Shown: piece after piece, positions 8,821 to 18,451 of the stretch
How the letters are laid out: every line of letters begins with the position of its first letter
How positions within the stretch are numbered: the first letter of the stretch is position 1
Assembly (NCBI GenBank): GCA_028717725.1
Contig: JAQUNG010000001.1
Location: 1 to 58,040, forward strand
Direction of reading: 5' to 3'
From: a bacterium
GTDB taxonomy: Bacteria; Auribacterota; UBA6266
DNA length: 58,040 bases
The notes under the pieces: model-generated
Databases searched by the model: none
The model's input: the letters and a program-made list of their open reading frames with translations, nothing else
What the model was told of the DNA's origin: nothing
Made by a program: the position numbers and the translations under genes

Positions 8821-9849
8821 ATGGCAGATTCAAAAAGTAAGATTTTATTGAGGGCCGTAAACTGGATTGGGGATGCTGTTATGATGCTTCCATCGGTCAA
8901 AGCGATAAAGCAAATGTATGCCTCCGCCGAAATCGTTGTTTTGGGAAAAGGCAGCGTCAACGCGGTTCTTTCGCTTGGAAAGGTTGTTGACCGTTTTATC
9001 AAATATGATATACCGGCTGATGTTCTTGATCTAAAGGAAAGGGTCAAACTTTCAAAAGAAATAAGAGCTAACGGGTTTTCGAGGTGTTTTATTTTTCCCA
9101 ATTCGTTCGATTCCGCGCTGATACCTTATATGTCGGGGATTCCCGAAAGAATAGGCTTCGGCGTTTTCCCCAGGTCTATACTGCTGACAAAGTCCGTAAA
9201 GCTTCCGCCGGTCGGCATTCACCAGGCGCTGAAGTATTTTGAACTGGTTAAAGCGGACGGCTTCTCGGGAAATATGCCCGATTTCAGTATGGAAGTCGAC
9301 AATGCTTCTTTGGTGTGGGCGGATACGTTTCTCGGAATGAATTGCAGGGATCGCTCAGCCCCTTTGGTAGGAATAAGCCCCGGCGCGGAGTACGGTCCGG
9401 CAAAAAGATGGTTTCCCGATAGATTTGCGAGCCTTATTAACAGAATAAAAAATGTCTATAATGCGGAAGTTATACTTTTAGGAAGTAAAAATGACAAAGA
9501 TATTTGCGGGGCTGTAAAAAGGCAGGTTTCGGGGACGATAATCGATGCCTGCGGCAAAACTACTATTCCCCAGTTAGCCGCAGTTTTAAAAAAAGTTAAG
9601 CTGTTGATAACAAATGATACGGGGACCATGCATCTGGCTGCCGCGCTGAAGACGCCTGTTCTGGCGATATTCGGTTCGACTGATGAGAAAGCTACATCAC
9701 CCGTTAAAGGCGATATAATTGTGATAAAAAAAGAAACGGAATGCAGCCCGTGCCTGAACAGGATATGCCGCAGAAAAACTTACGAATGTTTTTCCAAAAT
9801 ATCCGTTGAGGAAGTCTTCGGCAGATTAAAAAAAATATTCGGCGCTTAA
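8821..9849 (+). CDS. waaF: ADP-heptose:LPS heptosyltransferase (GT9), type II-like
   Basis: N-terminal NWIGDAVMMLPS motif and C-terminal NDTGTMHLAAALKTPVLAIFGST motif. AAGAGGTGA SD 8 nt upstream. Confidence 0.7.
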   Translation: MADSKSKILLRAVNWIGDAVMMLPSVKAIKQMYASAEIVVLGKGSVNAVLSLGKVVDRFIKYDIPADVLDLKERVKLSKEIRANGFSRCFIFPNSFDSALIPYMSGIPERIGFGVFPRSILLTKSVKLPPVGIHQALKYFELVKADGFSGNMPDFSMEVDNASLVWADTFLGMNCRDRSAPLVGISPGAEYGPAKRWFPDRFASLINRIKNVYNAEVILLGSKNDKDICGAVKRQVSGTIIDACGKTTIPQLAAVLKKVKLLITNDTGTMHLAAALKTPVLAIFGSTDEKATSPVKGDIIVIKKETECSPCLNRICRRKTYECFSKISVEEVFGRLKKIFGA

Positions 9850-9865
9850 CCGGAAAATCAGGCCT

Positions 9866-11047
9866 ATGGATAAAATAAAAATATTGTTTGTCATAGAAAA
9901 TTTTACGCCCGATACCGGCGGCGGGGAGAATTTTGCCAGGATGCTTGCTGATACCCTTACTTCGATGGGTTGCGCCGTGGTTGTGATTTCAAAAAACTTT
10001 GATTCCACGAATCCTGCGATAAAGCATATAAAAGTGCCGAAATCGTGTTTTATGCGGCTGTTTGACAGGATGATATTTGCGTTTTATGTGCCTTGGATGA
10101 CCCGCAGGGAAAATTTCAATGTGATTTTTTCCTTTGGTAAAAGTTTTGGGATGGATATTTATCGTCCGGGCGGTGGTGTCCATTCCGCTTACAGAAAATA
10201 TAATATCCGCTCATATAATAATGTCGTGTTCAAATTTTTCCAGAGAGTTAAAGATTTGTTGTCTCCCGAACAGTGGTTTCTGACATGGCTTGAGAAAAAA
10301 CAATACAATTCAAAAAAGCTGAAAAAAGTCATTGCGGTGTCCAATATGGTTAAAAGGCATGTCAAGAGATGGTATAGGATTGAAGATTCCATGATAGAAG
10401 TGATTTATAACGGAGTTGATATCGGGAAATACCATCCTTCTAAGAAAGAGAATGCGGGCGCCGTTTTCCGCCGGGAACTGCATCTTTTAGATGAAGTCAT
10501 ATTGCTTTTTGTCGCCAACAATTTTAGGCTTAAGGGATTGAGGACCTTATTTGTGGCATTGTCAATGCTGGACGCTTCTTTACTTGAGCCGGTCAGACTT
10601 TTGGTCTCAGGCAAAGGCAAAGTGAAAAGATGGAAACAGATGGCTGACATGCTTGGAATCGGGGAAAATGTTATTTTTCTAGGTCAACAGGGTGATATGG
10701 GCCCTGTCTATGCCGCTTCCGATATTTTTATTTTACCTTCGTTTTATGACCCTTGCGCCAATGTATGCCTTGAAGCGATGGCATCATCGGTTCCGGTGAT
10801 AACAAGTTCGTCGAATGGATCCAGTGAAATTATGGAAAACGGGAAAGAAGGTTTTATAGTGAAAGATGCCGATGATTTTGTCTGCTTGTCGGAGAAAATA
10901 GAATTTTTGCTTAAAAATAAAAAATCCAGACTGGAAATGGCTGAAAACGCCAGAAAACTTGCCGAAAAATATTCGATAAATCTGCAGTCGGAAAAAATTA
11001 TCAGGGTTATCAGGGATATTGCGGCAAAAAACAGGGAACATTTATAA
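9866..11047 (+). CDS. Glycosyltransferase family 4
   Basis: GT-B layout and a C-terminal nucleotide-sugar motif (ILPSFYDPCANVCLEAMASSVPVITS). Confidence 0.8.
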   Translation: MDKIKILFVIENFTPDTGGGENFARMLADTLTSMGCAVVVISKNFDSTNPAIKHIKVPKSCFMRLFDRMIFAFYVPWMTRRENFNVIFSFGKSFGMDIYRPGGGVHSAYRKYNIRSYNNVVFKFFQRVKDLLSPEQWFLTWLEKKQYNSKKLKKVIAVSNMVKRHVKRWYRIEDSMIEVIYNGVDIGKYHPSKKENAGAVFRRELHLLDEVILLFVANNFRLKGLRTLFVALSMLDASLLEPVRLLVSGKGKVKRWKQMADMLGIGENVIFLGQQGDMGPVYAASDIFILPSFYDPCANVCLEAMASSVPVITSSSNGSSEIMENGKEGFIVKDADDFVCLSEKIEFLLKNKKSRLEMAENARKLAEKYSINLQSEKIIRVIRDIAAKNREHL

Positions 11048-12189
11048 TGAGGATTATTTATCCTGTCAACAAAAGGCTGGTTACCGGTCGGGCACACGAT
11101 ATTTTAATCATTAAGACTTGTTATGCTCTTGCGGAAGCCGGAATCGACGTAGTTTTGATAATAGGGAAAACTATGCCGGAAGAAAAAATCCTGTCTTATT
11201 ACGGTCTTAGGCCTCATAAAAATCTTAAAATAATACAATTGCCGGTGCTCAGAAAAAGAGGCAGGTTCGGATTTTCATGGCATTTTATTTTTAACAGGTT
11301 CTGTCTGAAGAAAATATCGGACATTCTGTCTGACGGAAAAAAAAGTTTGCTTTATATCTCCGAGTTAAAGACGGCGCTGTTTTTGTTAAAATATAAAAAG
11401 CGGCTCAAGATACCTTTTTTCTATGAAATACACGGCCTTTACGCGGTATATCCCGATGACAAAAATTATCCCCGCGCGGATTTAAAAGAAGGCGCCGTAT
11501 TCTCTCTTTCCGACAGGCTTATTGTGACAACCGGAAAACTCAGCGAAATTATAAAAGAAACATACCATGACGCGAAAAATATAGCGGTTGTGCCGCTGGC
11601 GGCGGATAAGCCATGTGTCGTTGGACATACGATGCAGGAAAATTTCAAAGTCTACTATGTGGGTCAGTTATATTATGAGCAGGGAATAGATTTGCTGATG
11701 GAAGCCGCCGGCAAGATCGAAGGCGCACAATTCCATGTTATAGGGGGAAAAGAGAATGAAGTCGCGTATTATAAAAATGCGGCTGCACAGAGGAATATTG
11801 CCGACAGGTTTTTCTTTCACGGGTTCATCAAGCCCTCAGAACTGGATAAGAAACTTAAGGAAGCCGATTGTTTTGTCATTCCCTCAAGAGAAAAAGGGAA
11901 AATGAATTATGTCGCGCACACAAAATCTTATGAATATCTCAGATACGGGAAGCCGATAATATCCTTCAGGCTGGATTCCGTCCTTGAGGTTTTGAGAGAC
12001 GGTTATAACTCGCTCCTTGCCGACAAGAATGATGCCGGCGCGCTTGCAGGCTGTATCAGGCGGCTTAAAAATGACGGCGAATTGCGCCGCAGGCTTTCGG
12101 ACGGCGCTTTAAAAACGCTGGAGGGATTTTCATGGGCCAAGAGAGCTGAAAAGTTAAAGCAAGTTTTCGCCGCCGGTATAAAATCATAG
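11047..12189 (+). CDS. Glycosyltransferase family 4
   Basis: GT-B layout with a 1-nt TAATG overlap with the upstream gene. The C-terminal half has a GT4-like pattern (FVIPSREKGKMNYVAHTKSYEYLRYGKPII). Confidence 0.7.
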   Translation: MRIIYPVNKRLVTGRAHDILIIKTCYALAEAGIDVVLIIGKTMPEEKILSYYGLRPHKNLKIIQLPVLRKRGRFGFSWHFIFNRFCLKKISDILSDGKKSLLYISELKTALFLLKYKKRLKIPFFYEIHGLYAVYPDDKNYPRADLKEGAVFSLSDRLIVTTGKLSEIIKETYHDAKNIAVVPLAADKPCVVGHTMQENFKVYYVGQLYYEQGIDLLMEAAGKIEGAQFHVIGGKENEVAYYKNAAAQRNIADRFFFHGFIKPSELDKKLKEADCFVIPSREKGKMNYVAHTKSYEYLRYGKPIISFRLDSVLEVLRDGYNSLLADKNDAGALAGCIRRLKNDGELRRRLSDGALKTLEGFSWAKRAEKLKQVFAAGIKS

Positions 12190-12209
12190 GATAGGAAAGG
12201 ATTCGCTGA

Positions 12210-13733
12210 ATGGATTTTAAATCAGGGCAGAAGTTTATAGGCTGGGATCTTGCAAGACTGGTCACCCTGTCTTTCCTTACGAGGCTGATTTTACGGTTAA
12301 CCTTTTTTGTGCCGGCAAAGGACGGGTTGACTTTTATCGAATTGGCGCAATGTTTTATCAAGGGAGATTTAAAAACCGCTTTGTCACATGAATACCATCC
12401 TCTTTACCCCTGGCTGATAAGCGTCTTTTCAAAATTTACAGCGGATTTTATCGATGCAGGACTGTTTATATCGCTGTTATTCGGGTTTTTGCTGGTTATC
12501 CCTGTTTATCTTTCCGCTTTAAGGCTTTTTGACAGGAAAGCCGCCGTTATCTCCTCAATTTTTTGTATTTTTCACCCGTACCTTCTCAGGTTTTCGTCGA
12601 ATGTGCTTTCTGAATCGGCATATCTTTTTTTTACGAGTTTTGCGTTCTGGTGCGGTATAGAGGGGGTAACAAAGAAAAAAACCGTCTATTTTGCCGCAGT
12701 GGCTTTATTTTCTGTGTTTGCATATCTGGCCAGGCCGGAAGGCATCGGTATTCTGCTGGCAGTTGTGTCCTCTCTTCTGATAGTACCTTTGCATGGATGG
12801 AGTTTTTTGAAGAGATTATGGCTTTCATTTTTTGTTGTCGCCGTTTTCCTTGTTGTGGTTTTCCCGTATATTTATGTCATAAGCGAGTTTCAGGGCGAAT
12901 GGCGTCTGACACAGAAAACCAGAGTTACATCGCTTTTTGGGCTGGATAGAACGGAAAAAAATACGGAAGTTGAACAATCGATTCCTGAAGTCGCAAAAGA
13001 ATATCCGCTGAAAGCCGCTCCGGAGAGGCCGAAAGGTGTAAAACTTGCGGTAAAAGGTTTTGAACAGTTGATAAGGAAAATTTTACAGGGCGTTTTCATC
13101 CCTGTTGTCGTGTTTGCGCTGATAGGCGTCACAATCAGGAAAAAATACCCGAGGTCTCAGCCGGAATTCATTCCTTTGCTGGTTTTTTTAATATATGTAT
13201 CGGTGCTTCTTATGGTTGCGATGCGCACGGATATTTCTTACCGCCATACTGCCTTTATGATGCTGCTCGGATGTGTTTACGCGGGCGCGGGAGTGACTGA
13301 ATTTACGTCTTTATTTCCGAAAAGAAACGCCAGTTTGCTTCTTTGGGCTATTTTATTTGTGTGCATAGTTTCTATGTCTGTTAAAGGTTTTCAGCCTGTG
13401 GGGATTGATAAGGCATCCAGAAGAACAGTTGGGATATGGATAAGCAGAAATTATCCCGGAGAGACGGTTATGACTTCACGGATGGCCAGAATTCCTTTTT
13501 ACGCCGGCGCGGAACATTTCGATTATACCGATTACAAAAAAGAATTTATACTGGAAGAAGCCCGCAGCAAAGGCGTTAGACTTGCGGTAATAAACCTGCT
13601 TGATATGTCCGAAGCCGATAAGGACCTCTTAAGCCTGCTTAACGATAAAAATTCCGAAAGAATATATTCAAATAAATTCACAGAAAAAGAAGAAATTGTT
13701 ATATACGAGCTTTTTTTAAATGGTGAAGATTGA
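12210..13733 (+). CDS. GT-C fold integral-membrane glycosyltransferase (ArnT/PMT_2, GT39/83-like)
   Basis: 507 aa with many TM segments followed by a soluble C-terminal domain. First-loop acidic motif (PAKDGLTFIELA) and ARPEG loop. Acceptor unknown. Confidence 0.65.
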   Translation: MDFKSGQKFIGWDLARLVTLSFLTRLILRLTFFVPAKDGLTFIELAQCFIKGDLKTALSHEYHPLYPWLISVFSKFTADFIDAGLFISLLFGFLLVIPVYLSALRLFDRKAAVISSIFCIFHPYLLRFSSNVLSESAYLFFTSFAFWCGIEGVTKKKTVYFAAVALFSVFAYLARPEGIGILLAVVSSLLIVPLHGWSFLKRLWLSFFVVAVFLVVVFPYIYVISEFQGEWRLTQKTRVTSLFGLDRTEKNTEVEQSIPEVAKEYPLKAAPERPKGVKLAVKGFEQLIRKILQGVFIPVVVFALIGVTIRKKYPRSQPEFIPLLVFLIYVSVLLMVAMRTDISYRHTAFMMLLGCVYAGAGVTEFTSLFPKRNASLLLWAILFVCIVSMSVKGFQPVGIDKASRRTVGIWISRNYPGETVMTSRMARIPFYAGAEHFDYTDYKKEFILEEARSKGVRLAVINLLDMSEADKDLLSLLNDKNSERIYSNKFTEKEEIVIYELFLNGED

Positions 13734-14616
13734 GATAAATCTGACTAAAAGGGACATCTGCCCGTACTGCGATTCGGGAAAATGGGAATCCCTGTTTATT
13801 CTGGATCGATGCGGTATATGTAAATGCGCGTTCTGCGGGGGAGTATTCAGCAATCCCTATCTGAGCGAGAAAGAAGCGAAGATAGTCTTTTCGGACCCGG
13901 ATGCCGTGGGCGTTATCAATCCGGAAGTGAAATGTTACTATGACAGGGATTTTGTCTTAGCCAATTCCCGGCATACTTTTAAGGTTTTTGACTGGCTGCT
14001 TGATTTCCTTGAGAAGAATACACAGGGGAGAAAACTTTTTGATGTGGGATTCGGGATGGGATTTTTACTGGAGAAAAGCCGTCGGAGAAAATGGGAGTGT
14101 AAAGGTATAGATTTTTCCGATGAGTATTATAACTACGCGAAAGAAACGCTGGGTCTTGATGTAGTAAAAGCGGAGCTTTCGGAATTCAGAGGGCGGGACG
14201 AAGAGTTTGATGTTATAGTTCTCTGGGATGTAATAGAGCATCTTGATAATCCCGGCGATTCGCTTGGCAGGCTTCGCGGTATGCTGAAAAACGGAGGGAT
14301 GCTGGCGATAGCGACCCCAAATGAGAAAAGCCTGATTGCTTTTATTGCGAAATTTATATACAGGGCGACATTCGGTCTGGTGAAAGGCCCGTTGAGTTCG
14401 ATATATGTGTTGGAACATCCCCTGTTCTTTGACAATAACTCGCTTCGAAAATTGCTTGAACGAAATGGTTTTAATATTGTATTGTCAAAGCAGGATGAAA
14501 CTGATCTTGAAAGACTGAATCTGGGGACCCTAAAAAAAATGATAGTAAAAACTATATTCTTCTTCGCGAGATTGTTTAAAATGAGCAACAGGATAATCAC
14601 AATCGCAAAAAAATGA
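13720..14616 (+). CDS. Class I SAM-dependent methyltransferase with N-terminal Cys4 zinc-ribbon
   Basis: CPYCDS...CKCAFCGG ribbon. SAM motif I LFDVGFGMGFLL. Post-I/II motifs (VIVLWDVIEHL). Confidence 0.8.
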   Translation: MVKIEINLTKRDICPYCDSGKWESLFILDRCGICKCAFCGGVFSNPYLSEKEAKIVFSDPDAVGVINPEVKCYYDRDFVLANSRHTFKVFDWLLDFLEKNTQGRKLFDVGFGMGFLLEKSRRRKWECKGIDFSDEYYNYAKETLGLDVVKAELSEFRGRDEEFDVIVLWDVIEHLDNPGDSLGRLRGMLKNGGMLAIATPNEKSLIAFIAKFIYRATFGLVKGPLSSIYVLEHPLFFDNNSLRKLLERNGFNIVLSKQDETDLERLNLGTLKKMIVKTIFFFARLFKMSNRIITIAKK

Positions 14617-16073
14617 AAAAGAGCCGTTATTATAATATTATACTGCTTATTATCTTGTTAGCGGGGATGTTCGCGAGAATAGGTCCTGTTAAGAAACCTT
14701 TACTGGGGAATTTTTCATCTTATCAGACTGCTACGGCAATGATGGCGCGTTTTATTGCGCGCGAAGGCTTTGCCGCGGTTGTTCAGCCGAAAACAAACAT
14801 CCTGATAAACGGGAAGCCCGCTATCCATATGCTTTATGTTCCGGGTGCCGCCGCCGCAGCGGGCTGCCTATGGGAAATTTTCGGGTTTTCACTTGATTTT
14901 TGGGGAAGATTCCAGGCATCTTTCTTTACGATGCTTTCTTCATTGCTTATCTATTTGATTGTTCGCAGGCATTTTGATGAGGCAACAGGTTTAATGAGCT
15001 GTTTTTTCTTCAATGTTTTCCCTCTTAGCTTTGTTTACGGCCAGAGTTTTATGAACGAAGCGTTTGCCTGTTGTCTTGCAATTTTTTCTTTTTGGTTATT
15101 ATCTAATTTCAAAATTAACACATATAATGTTATTGTTTCGGGCTTGGCGGCCTCGCTTGCGTTTTTGATGAGAGTCCATTTTTTATGCCTGTTTCCGGCT
15201 TTGCTTTTTCTAATATGGCAGAACACACCGAGGAATAAAATTTTGCATTCGGTTATTTTAATCATTTGTGTGGCTATCCCTCTGTCCGGCTGGTACTTGC
15301 ATACTTATAATGTCGCTTCCGCGGCGGATAATAATATTACAAGTATTTTCGCGCAGGAAAAGAAGCATTATGCTTCTTTTCCTCACCCGCTTCTTGTTCA
15401 GATGGCGTTTTATAAAGATGCTATTGATAAACTCGCCGGAATATGCCTGAATCCAATAGGTTTTACGCTGACGTTTGCGGGAGTTCTGCTGTCCATGACA
15501 GGAAAGAAAAAATGTGGGGCTCTTGTGTTATGGCTTCTAGGTTCATTGAGTGTTATAGTCTTGCTTCCCCAAAAAGTATATGACCATAATTTTTATCTTT
15601 ATCCCGTGCTTTTCCCTTCTTCGGTTTTTGCTTCGCTTATTTTTCTTGAGATTATGAAGCCGGTCGGACGGGCATATATGGTTTTATTTTTGTGTGTGTT
15701 TGTTCTGGTTTCCGCGAGATATTTTGCAAATCCGGTTTTTAAATATCCCTCTGAGCTTTCAGCCGTGCCTGAAGCCGGTGATTTTGTCCGGGGAAACACC
15801 CCGTCTGATAGCAAGGTTATCGTATCGCCCTGCACTTATGACCAGCTGTATTATTGCGATAGAAACGGATGGGTCTTTGATCCGGCCGGCGCGGATATAG
15901 CTAAATTTAAAAGTTATATAAGCGGCGGAGCGGCTTACTATGTTACGGCGGATATGGAGAATTTACGCAAAGCCGGCGAGTTCTACAGATATCTTAGCGG
16001 AAACTATAAGAATATTTCCCCAAGCGGGGATTATGTGGTTTTTGCGCTTGACGAAAAGAGGGGAAAACGGTGA
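14613..16073 (+). CDS. Polytopic membrane protein, GT-C-like glycosyltransferase
   Basis: 486 aa with at least 9 hydrophobic segments and a soluble C-terminal tail. ATGA overlap with the methyltransferase. The family call is by architecture only. Confidence 0.5.
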   Translation: MKKSRYYNIILLIILLAGMFARIGPVKKPLLGNFSSYQTATAMMARFIAREGFAAVVQPKTNILINGKPAIHMLYVPGAAAAAGCLWEIFGFSLDFWGRFQASFFTMLSSLLIYLIVRRHFDEATGLMSCFFFNVFPLSFVYGQSFMNEAFACCLAIFSFWLLSNFKINTYNVIVSGLAASLAFLMRVHFLCLFPALLFLIWQNTPRNKILHSVILIICVAIPLSGWYLHTYNVASAADNNITSIFAQEKKHYASFPHPLLVQMAFYKDAIDKLAGICLNPIGFTLTFAGVLLSMTGKKKCGALVLWLLGSLSVIVLLPQKVYDHNFYLYPVLFPSSVFASLIFLEIMKPVGRAYMVLFLCVFVLVSARYFANPVFKYPSELSAVPEAGDFVRGNTPSDSKVIVSPCTYDQLYYCDRNGWVFDPAGADIAKFKSYISGGAAYYVTADMENLRKAGEFYRYLSGNYKNISPSGDYVVFALDEKRGKR

Positions 16074-16777
16074 ATAAGCGCCTTGTTATTATACCCACCT
16101 ATAACGAAAGAAAAAATATAGTCAGGTTGTGCGAAAAAATCATATCGATGGAAGAAGGTTTCGATATCCTGGTCGTTGACGACAATTCACCGGATGGCAC
16201 CGGAGAGCTGGCTGAGAAAATGTCTTCAATGCATCCTGAAATCCATGTGATTAGAAGGTCGGGAAAGATGGGCATAGGGAGTGCTTATATAGAAGGCTTT
16301 AAGTGGGGGTTGGGAAAAGAATATGAGCTGTTTTTTGAAATGGACGCGGATTTCTCTCACAACCCCGAAGATTTGCTCCGGATAACGGGAACGATAAGGG
16401 ATTGTGACTTATGTGTGGGTTCAAGATATATAGAAGGGGGCGGGGTAATAAACTGGCCGCTCTGGAGGATGTTGCTTAGCAAATTTGCAGCCAGGTATTA
16501 TACCAGGATAATAACCGGTATGCCCTTGCACGACGCCACTTCAGGATTCAAATGCTTCAGAAGGACAGTGCTTGAGAATATTGATTTTAACCAGATTCAC
16601 TCTGAAGGATATTCTTTTCAGATCGAAATGCATTACCGCATTTGGAAAAAAGGTTTTCAGATAAAGGAAATCCCCATTATTTTTACAGATAGGCAGCACG
16701 GCCTGTCGAAAATGTCTAAAAAAATTATTTTTGAAGCAATAATTATTGTCTGGAAAATAAAGTTTAGCGTTAAATGA
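16070..16777 (+). CDS. GT2 polyprenol-phosphate sugar synthase (Dpm1/Ppm1-type)
   Basis: VIIPTYNERKNI, VVDDNSPDGT and MDADFSH motifs. GTGA overlap upstream. Sugar specificity not determinable. Confidence 0.8.
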   Translation: MNKRLVIIPTYNERKNIVRLCEKIISMEEGFDILVVDDNSPDGTGELAEKMSSMHPEIHVIRRSGKMGIGSAYIEGFKWGLGKEYELFFEMDADFSHNPEDLLRITGTIRDCDLCVGSRYIEGGGVINWPLWRMLLSKFAARYYTRIITGMPLHDATSGFKCFRRTVLENIDFNQIHSEGYSFQIEMHYRIWKKGFQIKEIPIIFTDRQHGLSKMSKKIIFEAIIIVWKIKFSVK

Positions 16778-18282
16778 AAATCAAAAAAGTATTTCTTCTT
16801 TTTCCTCCATGCCCGATTCCTAAGATGTTTCCCAAAAGGGTCCAGATGCCCCTGGGGATAGCATATCTGGCGTCTTCCATAAAGACTACGGGCGTAGATG
16901 TAAAAGTTCTCGACAGCCTTATTGATGGATGGAATCAGGTTGAAGAAATAGATAAAAAGAATATCCGTTTCGGATTGTCATGCCGGCAGATAGTTGACAA
17001 TATCCTGGAATATGGTCCCGATTTGATAGGCATGTCATGTATGTTCAGTGTCCAGTCTAAAATTGTTTCCGAGATCGCCGCGGAAATAAAAAAGCAGCTT
17101 CCAAAAGTAAAAATTGTTTTGGGTGGAGCCCATCCGTCAGCAATGCCTGAAGATTCAATTGCGGATAAGAATATTGATTATGCTCTTGTAGGGGAGTCTG
17201 AAGCCACATTCATAGAATTAATCCATCTGTTAAATCAGGATAAGTCCGTTGCGGATATGGATGGCATCTGTTATCGTGACGAAAGGGGGTTTTCTCGCAT
17301 TAATCCCAAGAAAAAATATATAGAAAATCTAGATGCTTTGCCTTTACCTGCCTGGGACCTTCTTCCGGTGGAAAAATATTTTAAGTTGAATAGACCCCAT
17401 GGGACGGTGACAAGGGGCAACCGAATTATTCCTGTTATTACTTCCCGCGGCTGCCCCGCAAAATGCGTTTTCTGTTCGATACATCCGATTTGGGGAAGAA
17501 TTTATAGGGCTCGCACTCCGGCAAATGTCGTGGGAGAAATAGAGATGCTCATTAATAAATATGGCGTTCAGGAGATACAGATTGAAGATGATAATATGAC
17601 CCTTGACAGGAAGAGGGCTGAGGATATATGCGACCTTATTATTGAAAAAGATATAAAAGTTTCTTTTACAGCGCCTAACGGACTTGCCGTCTGGGCTCTT
17701 GACAAGAATCTTCTTATCAAGCTGAAAAAAGCCGGGTTTTACCGTTTAACGCTTGCCGTTGAGTCGGGCAGTCAGAATACATTGACGCATATTATTCATA
17801 AACCGCTGAAAATAGATAAAGTGCTTGAAGTTATAAAAGACGCAAATGAGATCGGGTTTGATATAGATGTATTTTTTGTTGTGGGTTTTCCCGGGGAAAC
17901 TCTTTCAGAAATGCAGAAAACGTTCGATCTCGGCAAAAGTCTGGACGTTTCCAGTGTTAAATATTTCATTGCGACGCCTTATCCCGGAACAGAACTTCTG
18001 GAAATTGCCAGGGAGAAAAATATGCTTCCTGCGGATTTTGACCCGAAAGACCTCGGCATAAATGCCGTAAAAGGCAATATAACGACAGAATATTTTACGC
18101 CGGAAACGCTCGAAAAGAAGGTGTCCGCCGAGACTTTCAAAACTCAGATTACCCTGTTTAAAAGACATCCTGTCAGATATGTTACGGGTATTTTCAGGAA
18201 TTACCTGCTAAAGGACAGCGGAGCAACAATTGCGTTTCTCTGGCAGTCCTTGAAGAATTGCCTCTCTAAACGTAAGATTTAG
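16774..18282 (+). CDS. B12-binding-domain radical SAM enzyme (class B)
   Basis: N-terminal cobalamin-binding-like Rossmann segment. Radical SAM cluster motif SRGCPAKCVFCS. ATGA overlap upstream. Confidence 0.8.
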   Translation: MKIKKVFLLFPPCPIPKMFPKRVQMPLGIAYLASSIKTTGVDVKVLDSLIDGWNQVEEIDKKNIRFGLSCRQIVDNILEYGPDLIGMSCMFSVQSKIVSEIAAEIKKQLPKVKIVLGGAHPSAMPEDSIADKNIDYALVGESEATFIELIHLLNQDKSVADMDGICYRDERGFSRINPKKKYIENLDALPLPAWDLLPVEKYFKLNRPHGTVTRGNRIIPVITSRGCPAKCVFCSIHPIWGRIYRARTPANVVGEIEMLINKYGVQEIQIEDDNMTLDRKRAEDICDLIIEKDIKVSFTAPNGLAVWALDKNLLIKLKKAGFYRLTLAVESGSQNTLTHIIHKPLKIDKVLEVIKDANEIGFDIDVFFVVGFPGETLSEMQKTFDLGKSLDVSSVKYFIATPYPGTELLEIAREKNMLPADFDPKDLGINAVKGNITTEYFTPETLEKKVSAETFKTQITLFKRHPVRYVTGIFRNYLLKDSGATIAFLWQSLKNCLSKRKI

Positions 18283-18313
18283 CTTGACTGTTTGACATCT
18301 AAAGACTACAATA

Positions 18314-18425
18314 GATAACTAATGATAACTAATGATAACTAATGATAACTAATGATAACTAATGATAACTAATGATAACTAATGATAACTAATGATAACT
18401 AATGATAACTAATGATAACTAATGA
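18314..18425. repeat. Perfect tandem repeat, 11 copies of the 10-bp unit GATAACTAAT plus GA
   Basis: Read directly from the sequence: units start at 18314, 18324 ... 18414 with no mismatches. Stops in all six frames. Confidence 0.98.
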
Positions 18426-18451
18426 ATATTAAAAGTCAGGCGTTTTAAATT

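Noticed and set aside
12650-12949. Alternative-frame + strand ORFs inside genes (12650-12949, 5773-6009, 15268-15450, 15694-15900, 38085-38360, 48478-49020, 50427-50738, 47101-47344, 51812-51997, 17867-18061)
   Set aside because: They sit in off-frames of well-supported genes. The products are Arg/Cys-rich with no motifs and no independent initiation signals.
18314-18425. The tandem array as a CRISPR array
   Set aside because: The units are directly abutting 10-mers with no spacers, and no cas genes are present.
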